Shown here: positions 27,880 to 40,637 of the stretch, one piece after another
How positions within the stretch are numbered: position 1 is the first letter of the stretch
How the letters are laid out: every line of letters begins with the position of its first letter
Assembly: GCA_963693365.1 (NCBI GenBank)
Contig: CAVNZM010000008.1
Coordinates: 6,582,830 to 6,646,829, forward strand
Source: Amoebidium appalachense
Taxonomy: Eukaryota; Protista; Ichthyosporea
Length of the DNA stretch: 64,000 nt
Direction of reading: 5' to 3'
Notes under the pieces: generated by a model
Seen by the model: the letters and a program-made list of their open reading frames with translations, nothing else
Database searches by the model: none
Told to the model about the DNA's origin: nothing
Position numbers and translations under genes: made by a program

Positions 27880-28357
27880 GCGTGTGTGGAGCCAGATTGG
27901 AAAGGCAGAAGGTGCGTGTAAGCGTGTGTGGAGCCATATTGGAAAGTTTGCAATCGTGTGCATAGAGAAGGAGAGAGAGGAGGGCATGAGAGAGGGAGTT
28001 GAGGAATGTGGCTATAATCGAAAAGGGAAGCGGGGGTGGGGGAGGGGGGGGAAGATAGCGGTGGTGTGTGCCCGTGGGGGGGAAAGGAAAGGGGCGAGCC
28101 AGGGAGTGCCAAAGAGCATGCTGGTGTTGGTGGTGGTGGTTGGGCAAGTGGGGGAGAAGGTGGGGAAGGGGGAGGGGACCCGGGGGGAGGGGGGATAGAT
28201 CTTACAGGGCAAAGCCTGTCTCGTAGGCGTAGTGGTTGAGCAGCCACGAGCAGTGGAGATCTTGCACGTCCTTGACCATGGATCTGGGGGGGGGGGGGAG
28301 GGGGGGGGGGTTAGAAAGGTGTGTGTGTGCGTGGATACGCGCATGTGTGCACACACA

Positions 28358-28406
<49 letters not shown>

Positions 28407-29221
28407 TGTGTGCGCACACGCACGTATCCACGTTGCGTCCAACGACGCAATGCATATTTTGCAGCATGCACATGCGAAAAGCATGCATTATAAGCAGGGC
28501 TTATGGGGCGGTTAACCAAACAACCAAATCCATCCCTCCCCTCCACCCAGGGATGGATTTGGTTGGTTGGTTGGCTGGTTGGTAAGGGACGTGAAGGAGA
28601 GGTATCTTTTGGACAAGATATGGTGGTGGTGGTGGGGTGGTTTGGTGGTGGGGGAGGGGGAGGGGAGGAGGTTAAGGTGGGGGGGAGGGGAGGATGGGGG
28701 AGGGGGAGGGGAGGAAGTTAAGGTGGGGGGGAGGGGAGGATAGGGTACAAGGTTAGACGCAAAACAAAGTGAAGCTAAAGGATGTACAAGGCATCAAAAC
28801 GAGAAGATACGTCGCAGTGAACCAAAACATCAGCAACGGCAATAAACATTCATGGACTAGACATTGTGTTTTAACGGTTAGGCGGGGAAAAGGGGGGAGG
28901 GGGGGGGGGGGGGGTGTTTTAACGGTTAGGCGGGGAAAAGGGGGGGGGGGGGGGGGGGGGGGGGGGGGAGGGGGGGGGAGAGGAATGGAGAGGAAGGGAG
29001 AGGGCCGGAGGGTGGGGGGGGGGGGGGGGGGGGGGGAGGGGGGGGGGGGGAAGGGAGAGGGCCGGAGGGTGGGTGGGGGGGAGGGGCGGGTGAGGTCTTT
29101 CTTACACGGTGGTTGCATCAGCACCGAAGTACACGGCCTGCTTCTCTGGTGCCATCTCCCCACCAATCACAACCCTCTGTGAAGGATTCCCCCACAAAGT
29201 CAGCAGCTTTATCCCCCCCCC

Positions 29222-29255
<34 letters not shown>

Positions 29256-30252
29256 CCCCCCCCCCCCCCCTCCCCCTCCCCCCCCCCCCCCTCCCCCCAC
29301 GTACACCGGGCAGGGAAAACTATGCAAATGTATAATGTGATCATCACAGCGCACACATTCTTAGATAACACTACGTTCTTTCAACTTGAAATGAGTGGAC
29401 CCACAGTAGCATGATCATAATACGAATCACGTTCTTTCAACTTGAAATGTAATCAGAACCATGATCATAATACGAATTACGCATTCTTAATGATTTTCTT
29501 CATGGTAATGTAGTATGAAATGTAATCAGAACCATGATCATAATACGAATCACGCAATCTTAATGATTTTCTTCATGGTAATGTAGTATTGATTGTTTGA
29601 CAATCAACTTGAAATGAGTGGACCCACAGTAGCATGATCATAACACGAATCACGTTCTTTCAACATGATCATAACACGAATCACGTTCTTTCAACTTGAA
29701 ATGTAATCAGAACCGTTTGGAGGTTTGGCTTCCCGTCCCCCCTCCCCCCCCTCCCTCCTCCTCCTCCTTCCCCCCCCTCCCCTGCAGTTTGATATATATA
29801 TATATATAGAGAGAGAGCACCTGTAACCCTGTTTGGAAGCGTCAAGTAAGTGCAAAAGTGCGTATTAAGGGCAGGGCACCCACCTTCCACTTGTCCGAGG
29901 CATTAACACTTGCCAAATTAGGCAACGAGTAGTCCTGGGTGGTCATGCCCACAAGGTCGTCATGGAAGCCAATCCGCATGTTGGCAGAGTCGTGCCCAGA
30001 CTCCTGCTTGCACTGTTTTGATTGGCTGGTTAGAACATGAAAGAATGTCGTAGAAATATGCGGGAATCTACGCAAGAGCACTGGGAACCCCCCCACCCAC
30101 TAGTTACAGCCCAGGGGACAGGGGGAGGAAGAGGGAGGGGGGAGAGGTGGAGGGGAGATACATCGAGTGTGGGTTCGATATACGTAAGGTCACATTAGTA
30201 TTACTGTACTCCTTTTCCGTGACACCCTATGTCCTCCATCCACGGCACCGGT

Positions 30253-30286
<34 letters not shown>

Positions 30287-30616
30287 GGGAATGGGAGGTA
30301 TGTAACCTTCAGCTCTAGATCTACCTACATCTGTACATATTTGCTTTAGATCTACCTACATCTGTACATATTTGCTTTCATGAGATCTACCTACATCTGT
30401 ACATATTTGCTTTCATGAGTATGTTCTTGTTTATCGACACAAAGAAGTAAGTGGGTTGAGATCTAAATTTCAAAGGCTCATTTTCATTGGCTCACAGTAA
30501 GTGGGTTGAGATCTAAATTTTAAATGCTCATTTTCATTGGCTCACACCTGATCCACACTGACGCAAATTTGGGTCTTCTTGAAGCTGCGGTCAAAGGCAT
30601 CCAGAACCTTCAGCTG

Positions 30617-30685
<69 letters not shown>

Positions 30686-31431
30686 GTAATGTTCCTTGGT
30701 GTACGAGTGTACGAGTAAGCACGTGTGTAAAGCTGTGATCTTGTGTGCACCTGTATCTGTATTTGAACTAACCGAGGCAGTGAGTTTGGCGGCTGCGGCT
30801 GTTTAACCGTTAACCATGCTGAAAATACTCAGCAAAATACAAGTCAGATACCATAAAATAACACCAGGTTGCCCCCAGTAATCCTCCATTCTCAAACAAT
30901 AAACCAATGGCGTTTTAAAATCAGCAGCAGCAAAGGCAATCCCGCACAACTCACCTGGACATCCTTTGAAGGGAACTTGTTTATGCCGTCGATGTCCATG
31001 TGCCACTCCCCCCAGAACCCAAGCAGCCCCACCTATGGACCCCCACCCACATCATCAGCGGAATTTTAATCACATATTCTTACCCTTGTGCTCGTCGTAA
31101 GCCCCCCCCCCCCCCCCCTCCCCACTCCTCTCGCCCGCTTCCCACACCGCCTCCTCCTCCCACCCAGCACGCACACACACATTACTCACTAAACACCCTT
31201 CGAACCCCCTCAACCACACCCCTATACACACACCCAAGTTCTCCCTTTCCCCCCCCTACCCACCCACCCACTTGGGCATCGTGCTATCCTCTTCAGCACA
31301 TAAACACTTTGCCACATACACAAACAGAAGAAATGATGCAGATAGACAAAAACGCACCCACTACTTTGCCCCCCCCCCCCCCCCCCCCCCGCGCCCCCCC
31401 GCCCCCGCCCCCGCCACACACACACACACAG

Positions 31432-31471
<40 letters not shown>

Positions 31472-31898
31472 GTATGGAGGCTATCCTCTGGTCACCATCG
31501 TACTTCTTGCCCAACTCCTCAATCAGCTTCACCATGGCAGCCACAAGCACAGGGTTGCTGTAGTCTGTGTGTGTGTGTGTGTGTGTTGGGGGGGGGAAGG
31601 GGTAGGGTTGATGTGAATGTGTGTTGGGGGTAGGGTTGATGTGAATGTGTGTTGGTGTGTGCATGTGCAGGTGTATGGGATGGTGGGGAATGGAGAAAGG
31701 GAAGGAGGAAGGTGGAAAATATGTGCGGTTTGCGCTCTGCACGGTGGAGGAAGGGGGCACGGGGGTGGTGGTGGTGGTGGGGGGGGGGGGGGGGGGGGGG
31801 GAGGGGGGGGTTGCCAGTTTGTGTGTGTATGTGTGTTAGGTGTGTACGTGTATGTGTGCAGAGCGGGAAGGGGGAGATGCAGGGAGGGACGGGGAGGG

Positions 31899-31930
<32 letters not shown>

Positions 31931-33588
31931 GAGAGAGAGAGAGAGAGTTTTACCGGGGTGATTGCCGTCCATATCATATGCCCGGTACTTGGTCATGGTG
32001 CAGCCCAGAAAGATAGGGGGCTGGAAATTGGGGTTGGCTGGGCAGTCGATCACCACCTATGTGTGTGTGTGTGTGTGTGTTACATGTGTGTGTGTGTGCT
32101 GTGTTACATGTGTCATGTGTGTGTGTGTGTTTAGGTGTGTTTCGAAAGGGGGGGGGGGGGGGGGAGGGGGGAGGGGAGGGTGGTGGTGGGGGGGGGGGGG
32201 GTGGGGGGGAAGGGGGGAGCGGGGAGGAGAGGGTGGTGGGGGGGGGGGGGGGGGGGGAGGGGGGGGGGAAGGGGGGGGAGAGTGTGAAGGAAAAGAATAT
32301 GGGTGGCAGAGAAATGTGGCTCAAGGGCATGGGAGGCAGGTTCGATTTATGTTACAAAAACAAAATGGTACATACTGTAATTCACAGAAACAAAAGCTAG
32401 ATTAGGTGAACAAGGGGTGGGACGTGATGAGGAGCAAGGGGTAGAGTGCCGGATGGAGGGGAATAGGGGGGGGTAGAGGTGTGGGGGGGGGGGGGGGGGG
32501 GGGGGGGGGCGGTAGAGGAGGGCGGGGAGAGGTGAGGGGGGCGGGTGGGGGGGGGACAGGGCAAACGTGTTTTCACAGAGAGTCAAATGAAAGGGCAGGG
32601 GCCAATGTAATATGTGTGTGTTCCGGGGGCGGGGGGGGGGGGGGGGGGGGGGGTTGGGGGTGTGCGTGGTGTGGTTGGGGATGCGTAGAAGGAGGAGGGG
32701 GGGGGGGGGGGAGGAAAAGTGGGGGGAGGAGGAGGGGGGGGGGGGGGGCGGGGAGGGGGGGGGACGTACGCGAAAAACAGCCTGATGGTTTCGTGACTTA
32801 AGGTCGTTGAGGAAGGAATCGATTGGCTCAAAGTCACAGCCGCTGCAGCACCGCGTGACGTGGTCCCCTGCATACCATTTCAATAAGAAATATTTAAGTC
32901 TGACTGGACAACACCCTGAGCAACCAACGGTGGCATATATGAAGCAAGGCAGGGAATGTGTGCGCTACATATATAGTAACCCCACGATTGGAATGAGGGG
33001 TTACTATATATCTCTGCCATGGGGGCATGGAGATAACCGGTCGGGAGGGGAAAGGTTGAAGATGGGGAGAGGCTGATGGGAGGCGAAGGAGCATTGTATA
33101 CATGGGCAGGAGGACGGTTGGGGGGTGGGGCGGGTAGGGGAAGAAGGGGGGGCAAGGGGGGGGTGGAGGGAGGGAGGGAGGGGATAGAACAAAGGGGGTG
33201 TTGTAGTTGGGTGAAAGGGAATCAAAGTTGGACCCTCCCGCCCCTCCCCCCCCCCCACACACACCCACACCACTCTCACCCTGCCTTCGCCCCTGCAGTG
33301 ACTGTGTACACATTCTTTGGCAGTCAACCAATGCACAGAGGTAGACTCCCCCCTCCTTCCCCTCCTCCCCCCCCCCCCCACCCTTACCCCCCCCCCCCCC
33401 CCCCGGGCCGCATATGTTACACCACCATCCACCCACAACACACCTTGCATGAGGGCATGCATGGAGAAGTTCTGGTACTCGAGCGAGTGTGGGAACTTTT
33501 GGGTGTCCGACTCGAAGGGGAAGAAACCCCTCAGAGGGTTGCCGTCGATAGCATCCTCGCTGAAGTTGAGTTGGGTAACAGCAGCCAT
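26018..33588 (-). CDS. DUF4832/DUF4874-like putative glycoside hydrolase with C-terminal Pro/Thr/Ala repeat tail, ~577 aa. Exons: 33444-33588, 32770-32867, 31954-32056, 31470-31564, 30955-31032, 30548-30613, 29884-30003, 29106-29176, 28206-28283, 27781-27847, 27229-27370, 26018-26688
   Basis: Eleven GT..AG introns with consistent phases. Collinear motifs NPLRGF, LGKKYDGDQRIASIQVGLLGFWGEWH, IGFHDD, WKRVVIGGE, MGYNF and NMGNAPFYY match those I recognise from bacterial DUF4832 proteins. Confidence 0.8.
26290..26510 (-). repeat. Coding tandem repeat, ~33 bp / 11 aa (PAQPITTPVSA-type)
   Basis: Repeated gggcgtcgtgatt..ctgag units in the last exon. Confidence 0.85.
26868..27095. repeat. Three direct repeats separated by G/GA tracts
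   Basis: ccaccgtagctaccatctaagcaacggggg x3. Confidence 0.9.
29372..29714. repeat. Mosaic of nested short duplications
   Basis: Modules catgatcataa(t/c)acgaatcacg, ttctttcaacttgaaatg, agtggacccacagtag and taatcagaac recur in shuffled order. Confidence 0.85.
30317..30546. repeat. Short tandem duplications (~31-35 bp x3; ~50 bp x2)
   Basis: agatctacctacatctgtacatatttgcttt x3; agtaagtgggttgagatctaaattt...cattggctcac x2. Confidence 0.9.
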
Positions 33589-33726
33589 CTTTTTTTTTTC
33601 TGCACAGAGTTTTTGGTGTGTGGGTTAGTGGGTGGTGAAATGTTTTCGTTATGTGTGCCCTGTGCGTGTTTAGAACTTCAAGGGTACTGTGGGTTGTGTA
33701 CACAGTCTGGGGTAGCATAAAGGTGG

Positions 33727-33786
<60 letters not shown>

Positions 33787-34084
33787 CGCACACGGCACGC
33801 ACGTGTGTGTACTGGAAAATGTACGCGCGTGCAAATCTTGTAAAAACTGCAGAGCCTGTCAGTGCAAATTTAATATTTCGTTTCACAGCCTGCCACTTGG
33901 TGCCGTTGACACACATGCACCCGTCTCCACATTCTGTTTTGGGCTACTAAGTGTTTCAAGTTGGCGACTGACCATAATAGTAATACAATCAATGCAGATA
34001 CGCGTTTCCTGTCCAGTGCGAGTGTGTGTGATGTGTCACCCGTACGCTGATATCAAGGCAGCAAATGTATCGTAAAACATATAC

Positions 34085-34188
34085 CTTTGTGTAGATGTAG
34101 ACACAGGAAGGATCTGGCCTCAGATGATGATTGAAAGTCAGTTCAGAACGTACTGAGGGCCAAGAAAGGTGCGTTGGCGCTTTATATA
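34085..34188 (-). promoter_or_regulatory. TATA box (34181-34188) and putative non-coding first exon of the DUF4832-like gene
   Basis: TATATAAA on the - strand, then an ATG-free stretch ending in AAG|GTATAT at 34085. A matching acceptor gcag|A-run lies just before the ATG at 33588. Confidence 0.55.
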
Positions 34189-34453
34189 GGCGCAGCCTGC
34201 CCGCATTAGCCGTCCTGCAACCAATCGTTATGAAGCTCCAATGATACGAAGGCACAGTTACCTAAATTTAGAAATGTATAAAATTTCCAAGATAACCAGT
34301 AGTTGTGAACTTTTCTTTATGATCATGCGAAAATAAAAAGGAAAAGGCTTATATAGGCGAACCAAAAGAAAGTATGCATATAATGGAACCTAATGTCTGT
34401 TATAAAAAGGCTTCTAGTGATTAGAACAAGAATAACCTCATTTCAGAGCGGCC

Positions 34454-34590
34454 CCACGTGCCGTGACGTGCGGTCAGGTTTATTCTTAGGTACGCTTGTG
34501 ATTGGTCAATAGCGCATCGCTTTTGTGATTGGCTAGTATTCAAAAATGTCTTGTTTCGATTGGCTTCTTGCATTTCTTGGGCAGCCAATT
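34454..34590. promoter_or_regulatory. Divergent promoter region with E-box, TGACGT and evenly spaced CCAAT boxes
   Basis: CACGTG near 34455; ATTGG at 34501, 34528 and 34559; CCAAT at 34585. Lies between head-to-head genes. Confidence 0.45.
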
Positions 34591-35130
34591 AATTGAAGCG
34601 GAAGATCCAACGCCAAATCTTTGCTATTTTTAGAAGTGTCCTGAACACTGTGACATTTATTGCTTATTTGTGTACATAAACATATAATACATACATACAA
34701 TTATATTCAAAAATTTATAAACTTTATATGTATGTAATGCATTGCAATAATAATACAGCAATAAAGCTTTCCCTACTTTAGGTAAAGTATGTGTATCTCG
34801 TCACCGTGGCTGGGATCACGCATGCGAGTCAGGCAGCAGTCTGCCGCAGCTGACTCAGAGCATCAAACGATCTGGCACACGTCATCTTGAACACTACCAC
34901 CTACTGAGGCGGTGTCTCCTTTTTCCTTTTCTTTTTTTTTTTTTTTTTTTGCAAAAAGGGACATAGGTGTATAACGTCGCACGTGCGGCAACACGTCAGT
35001 ACGTGTTAGTCTTGAACAACACGACATACCAACACTGAGTGAGCTCATGAGCACTGAGTGTACGTATACACTGTATGAAAAGGCAACAAACAAACAAGAA
35101 AGCGCTAAGTGCAAAAAGCACTCACACATA

Positions 35131-35167
<37 letters not shown>

Positions 35168-35252
35168 TCTCTCTCCCTCTCTCTCTGTCTGAAGCAACCA
35201 CTACACTTCCCCTTTTCACACATACACAGTCACATCAACATCTTTAGTCATT

Positions 35253-35378
35253 ATGTGGGACGCATTTGTCAAAGCCGCCCCCGTTATCCTCCCCCTTATT
35301 GGGGGGGCTATTCTGCTCGCAGCAGTGACACCAACCGGTCGCCTGCCTCCGCCACCACCCGATGGTAGCCGATGCCCT

Positions 35379-35410
<32 letters not shown>

Positions 35411-35981
35411 CCCCCCGTTTCCCCCTTCATCTCTTCCTCCAGGCCCCTCCCAAAGTTTCCCCTCCCTCCTATTCGTCCTCCCCCCCCCCCCCCCCCCCCT
35501 TTCCCCCCCCCCCTCTCCCCCCCCCCCCCTCCCCCTTCTTTCCCTGCCTCATTTTCCGTCTACCTCTCCATCTACGCCTCTCTCCTTTTTACCCCTTCCC
35601 CCCCCCTCTCCCATCCTCCCTCTCTCTCGCTCACTCCCTGCTTTCTTCCCTCTCTCTCGCTCCCCCTCCCCCCATCCCCCCCCTCTCTGTCCCTCCCCCC
35701 TCCCCCCCTCTCCCCCCTCCCCTCCCTCTCTCGCTCTCTCCCTCCCTCCCTCCCTCCCTTCCCCCCTCTCTCTCTCCCCCCCCCCCTCCCTCCCCCCCCC
35801 CCCCCCCCCTCTCTCTCTCTCTCTTGCTCTCGCTCTTGCTCTCTCCCCCTTTCGCCTCCCCCCCCCCCTCTCTTCTCTCCCCCCCCCCCCCCCCCCCCGT
35901 TATCTCGTTTCTCCTTCCTTCGTTCTTTCTCTCTCCCCCCTCTCCCCTCTCCCTCTCCCTCTTTCTCGCTCTCTCTCTTCT

Positions 35982-36019
<38 letters not shown>

Positions 36020-36977
36020 CCTCCCCCTCTCTCCCCTCCTGCCCTCCATCTTTCCCTCCTTCCGTCCCTATGCCTTCCCACCCTTCCGCCCTTTCACACT
36101 AAGCAAGCACACAATCACACTACCCCCCACCCCCCTCCCCTTCTCTTGCTCTTCCTCCTTGCCCCAAACCTCTCCCCTCCTCAAATATGCTTTTCCTTCT
36201 AAAGGAGGCCTCACGTGGATTGAAATATGATATGCAAGGCATATAGTAGAGGGTGTGTGCTGGCGTTTTGCCCCCTTTCTCCAATAATTTGCACCCACAT
36301 TGCTGACACGTTTTTTTCCCCCAAGAAAACTATCATGCAATTATTCCATAGATAACGGGTGGATAACTGCCGATTTTCTTTGTTGTTTGTGGGGCAACGG
36401 GTGGAGGGGGTGGGGGAGGAGGGGGTTGGGGGGGGGGGGAACCGATTTTGTGGTTGCTGTAGACTTGGAGAGAGTCGCATATTATCCCAGAGGTCACGTG
36501 CCAAATATTTCTATTGCCCAAAAAGAGATAGATAGTTGGTAGATAACTGACAAAATTTTCTTCTGGTTGGGGTATATAGATTGTGGGTAGATAGCTGACA
36601 AATTTCGAGAGGTTGAGGTAAATAGATAGTTGGTAGATAGCTGACAATTTTCTGGTGGTCGGGACAAATAAGGATGGTAGTTAGATAAGTGACAATTTTC
36701 GGGTTGTTGATTGGATAGTTGGTAGATTACTGACAATTTTCGGGTGGTGGGGGTTCAAAAGAACGTCTGGAGGCTATGGACGGAGACAGTGAATGGGTGG
36801 AGGTGCGGAGGAAGAAGCTAAGAGTGTTCAAGAGGGGACCCGAGGAGAGGAAGGAGAGAGCGGTGGTGTTTTTGATGCACGGCGCAGGTGGACAGGTGTG
36901 TATGAGTGTATGTGTGTGTGCGCGGGGGGGGGAGGGGGGAGGGGGAGGAATGGATGAATGGGTGGGCGGGTGGGTGC

Positions 36978-37043
<66 letters not shown>

Positions 37044-37967
37044 TGTGTGTGTGCGTGCGTGCGTGCGTGCGTGCGCGTGTGTGTAGTGTGTATGTTTTGT
37101 TTTGTTCAGTGTATGTATTGGTTAGGGGAGGGGACTACGGTTTTTTTTTTTCCCCTGATTGTTTTCCCGTGTGGGTTGGTAAGTGGGTGTGTGTGTGTTG
37201 GGGGAGGGGAGGGGGGGGGGGGGGGGGGAAGGCGAGGGAGGGGGGGGGGGGGGGGGAGCATGTGGGTGGTTGCATGCTGGCATGCAAATGCATACATGCT
37301 TTACAACGAAGCTTGGCAGTGGTCGGGTGATGATGGTAAACAGGAGAGTGGAAGGGGGGGGGGGGGGGGGGGGGGGGGGGGGTATGGGGTTGCCTGGCTG
37401 TGTGAGCGTTTTTGGTGATGTAGGTGGGGCTTGTGTGTTATATGTAGGCACTGAGACATAATCGCCATTTTCTGCGATTGCTATCATACCCTTGTTAAAC
37501 GACCCCCCCCCCCCCCCTCCCCCCCTTCCCCCCCCCCCCCCCCCTGCCCGCCCTACCCCACCCCCCACCCACCGACCCGCCCCCTCGCATCATCGGATGC
37601 TTTCCATCTCCCGAAATGCAAAAACTTGTCGTGGACGACTTGGGCCCCCTCTGAGGTCGGGCTCTACTCATTATGCATGCACTTTGTGTGTGGGTTTCAC
37701 TCTTCATTGCGCTATCCAGTATGAATGTGGTACTTCGTACTCTATAACACATTCTAACAATCCCCCCTCACCCCCCCTCTCCCGCCCCTGTTTCCCCACG
37801 CCACTCCTTCCATGCCTTTTTTTTCGTTTTTATTCTTCCACATGCAGGTGCAACAATGGATAGAACAAGTTGTTCCGCTGTGCACACAGTACAAGGTGGT
37901 TGCTGTGGACATGGTGGGACACGGGAAGAGCCAACCCACAGACACGTACGTAACCAATCCCTTCCCC

Positions 37968-38001
<34 letters not shown>

Positions 38002-38867
38002 CCCCCCCCTCCCCCTTCCCCCTCCCCCTTCCCCTGCCCGCAAATGCACACACATCCTATCCCCCGACTACCCCGCCCCTCTCCTCCCCTTGCCCCCTCC
38101 CCTCCCCCCCCCCCCCCCCCCCGAGAAAGCAAACGTGCAAAACAGCTGCTTTTCTTTTTACACATCCATATCATGCTCATCCCTCACCTTCCCCCACCCC
38201 TACGCCTTACTCCCCCCTTTCTCCGCCTGCCTCTCTTTTGTCTGTCAAGTCAAATTAGGTTTTCATTGGCTAATTACTGGGCACGTTTTTCTTACCGACC
38301 AATCACATTGCAGGCCCGACCACTACTCCATGCCTTCATTCGTCGCCGATCTTCTAGAAGTCTTCCACGCCCACAAGGGCGATCGCAACATCATCATCGC
38401 GCATTCCTACGGGTGCTCAATGGCAACAAAATTGTTTCCAAACATAGAAAGTCACGTGCATGGGATCGTTTTTATTGGTCCGTCGTGTCGTTCCAACAGC
38501 CAACCAAAACCGGCGCAGTGGCTCCACTACACGCCGGCGTTTGTTCTTGATTGGATGAGGAGATGGGATCGCAGAGGGGGGGCAAAATCTGCGTCGATCA
38601 GAAGAATGCTCTATGAGGGGGTGTCGGAGGATTTGAAGTTGCGGCAGTTGACCTGGAATGCACACACACCATCAAAGGTACCTCCTCCCCCCCCCCCCCG
38701 CCCCCCTCCCCCCCCCCTCCCCCCCCCCCCCCCCCCCCCCCCCCCTCACACACACACACTTCCCCTGCCCCTCCCTCATCTCCAACTCAGTAACCTTTAA
38801 TTGGCATGTTTCATGGTCAATGAATCGCCGATGTCGTGTTTCTCTCATGGTACTTTATTTCCCCCCC

Positions 38868-38898
<31 letters not shown>

Positions 38899-39007
38899 AG
38901 TTACAAGCGCGCACACACACATGCACACGCACACATAAAGAAACAAACTTACCACCACCAACTAAAGTACCACAAACAAGCACATGTTGCACGTCGCACA
39001 TACCCCC

Positions 39008-39044
<37 letters not shown>

Positions 39045-39614
39045 CCCCCATTCCCCCCCTTGCCCCTGGGTAATGGCCCACCTCACGCGTCCCCCTCTCC
39101 CCCCTCTTCCTCTCCTTCCTTGTCATAATTTTTTTTTTTTTTTTCACAAAAAAAAATTATTATTTGCCCCCTGTCATAAAGAAAATTAAAGTTCTAATTT
39201 GTTTACGCTCAAATCTCAACTTTATACTCGGTTTACTTCTTCCCTGCCCAGGTTGTGCGCTGGCTGACTTTGCAAATGGAGGGAGCCACACCCGACGAAT
39301 ATTCGCAAATTTCCGTCCCATCGTGTATAATTGTCGGCGCCCACGACCACCTCACGCCCCCTGCCGTGGCCCAACGCGTCGCAACCGCTCTAACTGCGTG
39401 CGACATCAATAATGAAAACGAAGTTACGGGAGAGGAAGAGAAAGAAAGTGCAGAGAGGGAGGGTGCAGGGTTGGCGGAAGGAGGTGGAAAGGGGCGGAAG
39501 AAGTGGGTTGAGCTGCACGTGATTGAGAGGGCTGGGCACCAGGTGATGGTGGAGCAAAAGGAGGAGGTGAATGAGATCGTGCGGAAGTTTCTGGATGAGA
39601 GGGTGGCGTGGTGA
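35253..39614 (+). CDS. Alpha/beta hydrolase (ABHD8-like) with N-terminal hydrophobic anchor, ~356 aa. Exons: 35253-35364, 36762-36895, 37848-37945, 38314-38677, 39252-39614
   Basis: Oxyanion motif VFLMHGAGG, VAVDMVGHGKS, nucleophile elbow AHSYG, acid in GAHD and catalytic His in AGHQVMVEQ. Phases are consistent; exon 1 (hydrophobic) is the least certain. Confidence 0.85.
36528..36745. repeat. Degenerate ~45-bp tandem repeat, 5 copies
   Basis: Core tagttggtagata(a/g)ctgacaa(a)ttttc. Confidence 0.8.
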
Positions 39615-39857
39615 TATTGGATACTGATAACTAATTTAGTTCTGCCAGCTTTCTATTGTTATTTTTTACTCTATGATGACTATTGGTAGTTATAAGTGCG
39701 GCCAAATATTTTAATGGCTGTGGGTACAAGTGGGATCCAGCTTAGTTTCGTACCTATTGCCGAGTTGTACTTAGTTTTTGAACACGGGATGAACTTAATG
39801 GGCTGTTCGGACGATCACTTTGTAAGCTTCTTTCCTTTTTTACCGCCCGCTGCTTCT

Positions 39858-39921
<64 letters not shown>

Positions 39922-39929
39922 GGTAATAA

Positions 39930-40330
39930 TGATCTTAATCACTCCTTGTATGATAAGGGTATCTTGCAGATGGGTGTTGACCTCTATCAACGCAGACAGA
40001 TATTACTCGTTTCCTGATTGCTGGCCATGCCAGCCTCTAGATTATAATCTAACAAATACCCATGGCAAGGTGAAATTTCTAAATAAGTTGGATATGCGCT
40101 GGTAAAGCTACCTGCGCAGATATATTTATCGGGCACTGTCGAATAGTGGGGTTTTTTCTACGGATCCGGGCCGGGTCAGACCCGAAAAACATTTACGCAT
40201 TCTGATTGGCAAGATGCGTTGTAAGCAGGCGGCGTTTTGGCCTGACCTGAATGGTCTATAAACCGGCGCCAAAAAACCCTTTAACAAAGCTGTCATACCC
40301 GGATTTAGCCAAGTCATCTGTACTGTGAAA
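39930..40330 (-). pseudogene. Decayed coding-like segment A, paralogous to 45550-45810
   Basis: Aligned relic peptides QLI*KFHL/QLIEKYHL, ASNQETS/ASNKETS and IEVNTHLQDTLIIQG/IKVDVHAKDTLTI*G. Confidence 0.45.
40149..40279. mobile_element. MITE-like element, ~130 bp
   Basis: Terminal inverted repeat GGGTTTTTT/AAAAAACCC. Absent from the paralogous segment near 45760-45790 and similar to 4672-4773. Confidence 0.55.
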
Positions 40331-40595
40331 ATTTAAATTAGTTGTTCAAGTCACCCACGATTAGATGTCCCAATATAGATACAGGGCGCTGAGATGTGGC
40401 ACGGGGTCTCCGTTGTTTACTCAGGTACAGAGAGACCAGGCGCGGGCAATATGAAGGGGGGAAGGGGAAGGGGGGGGGGGGGGGGGGAAGGGGGGGGTCT
40501 CAGTATATCCCCTCATAGTTATATCACGAATTTAAGTATCAGGGTTTTCCTACTCTAAGAAGTACCTACCGCATAAACCACCTTTTTTTTTTCTT

Positions 40596-40637
<42 letters not shown>

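Noticed and set aside
40149-40279. Introner (self-splicing-out transposon)
   Set aside because: Using its internal GT/AG on the - strand leaves 11 nt, which is a frameshift.
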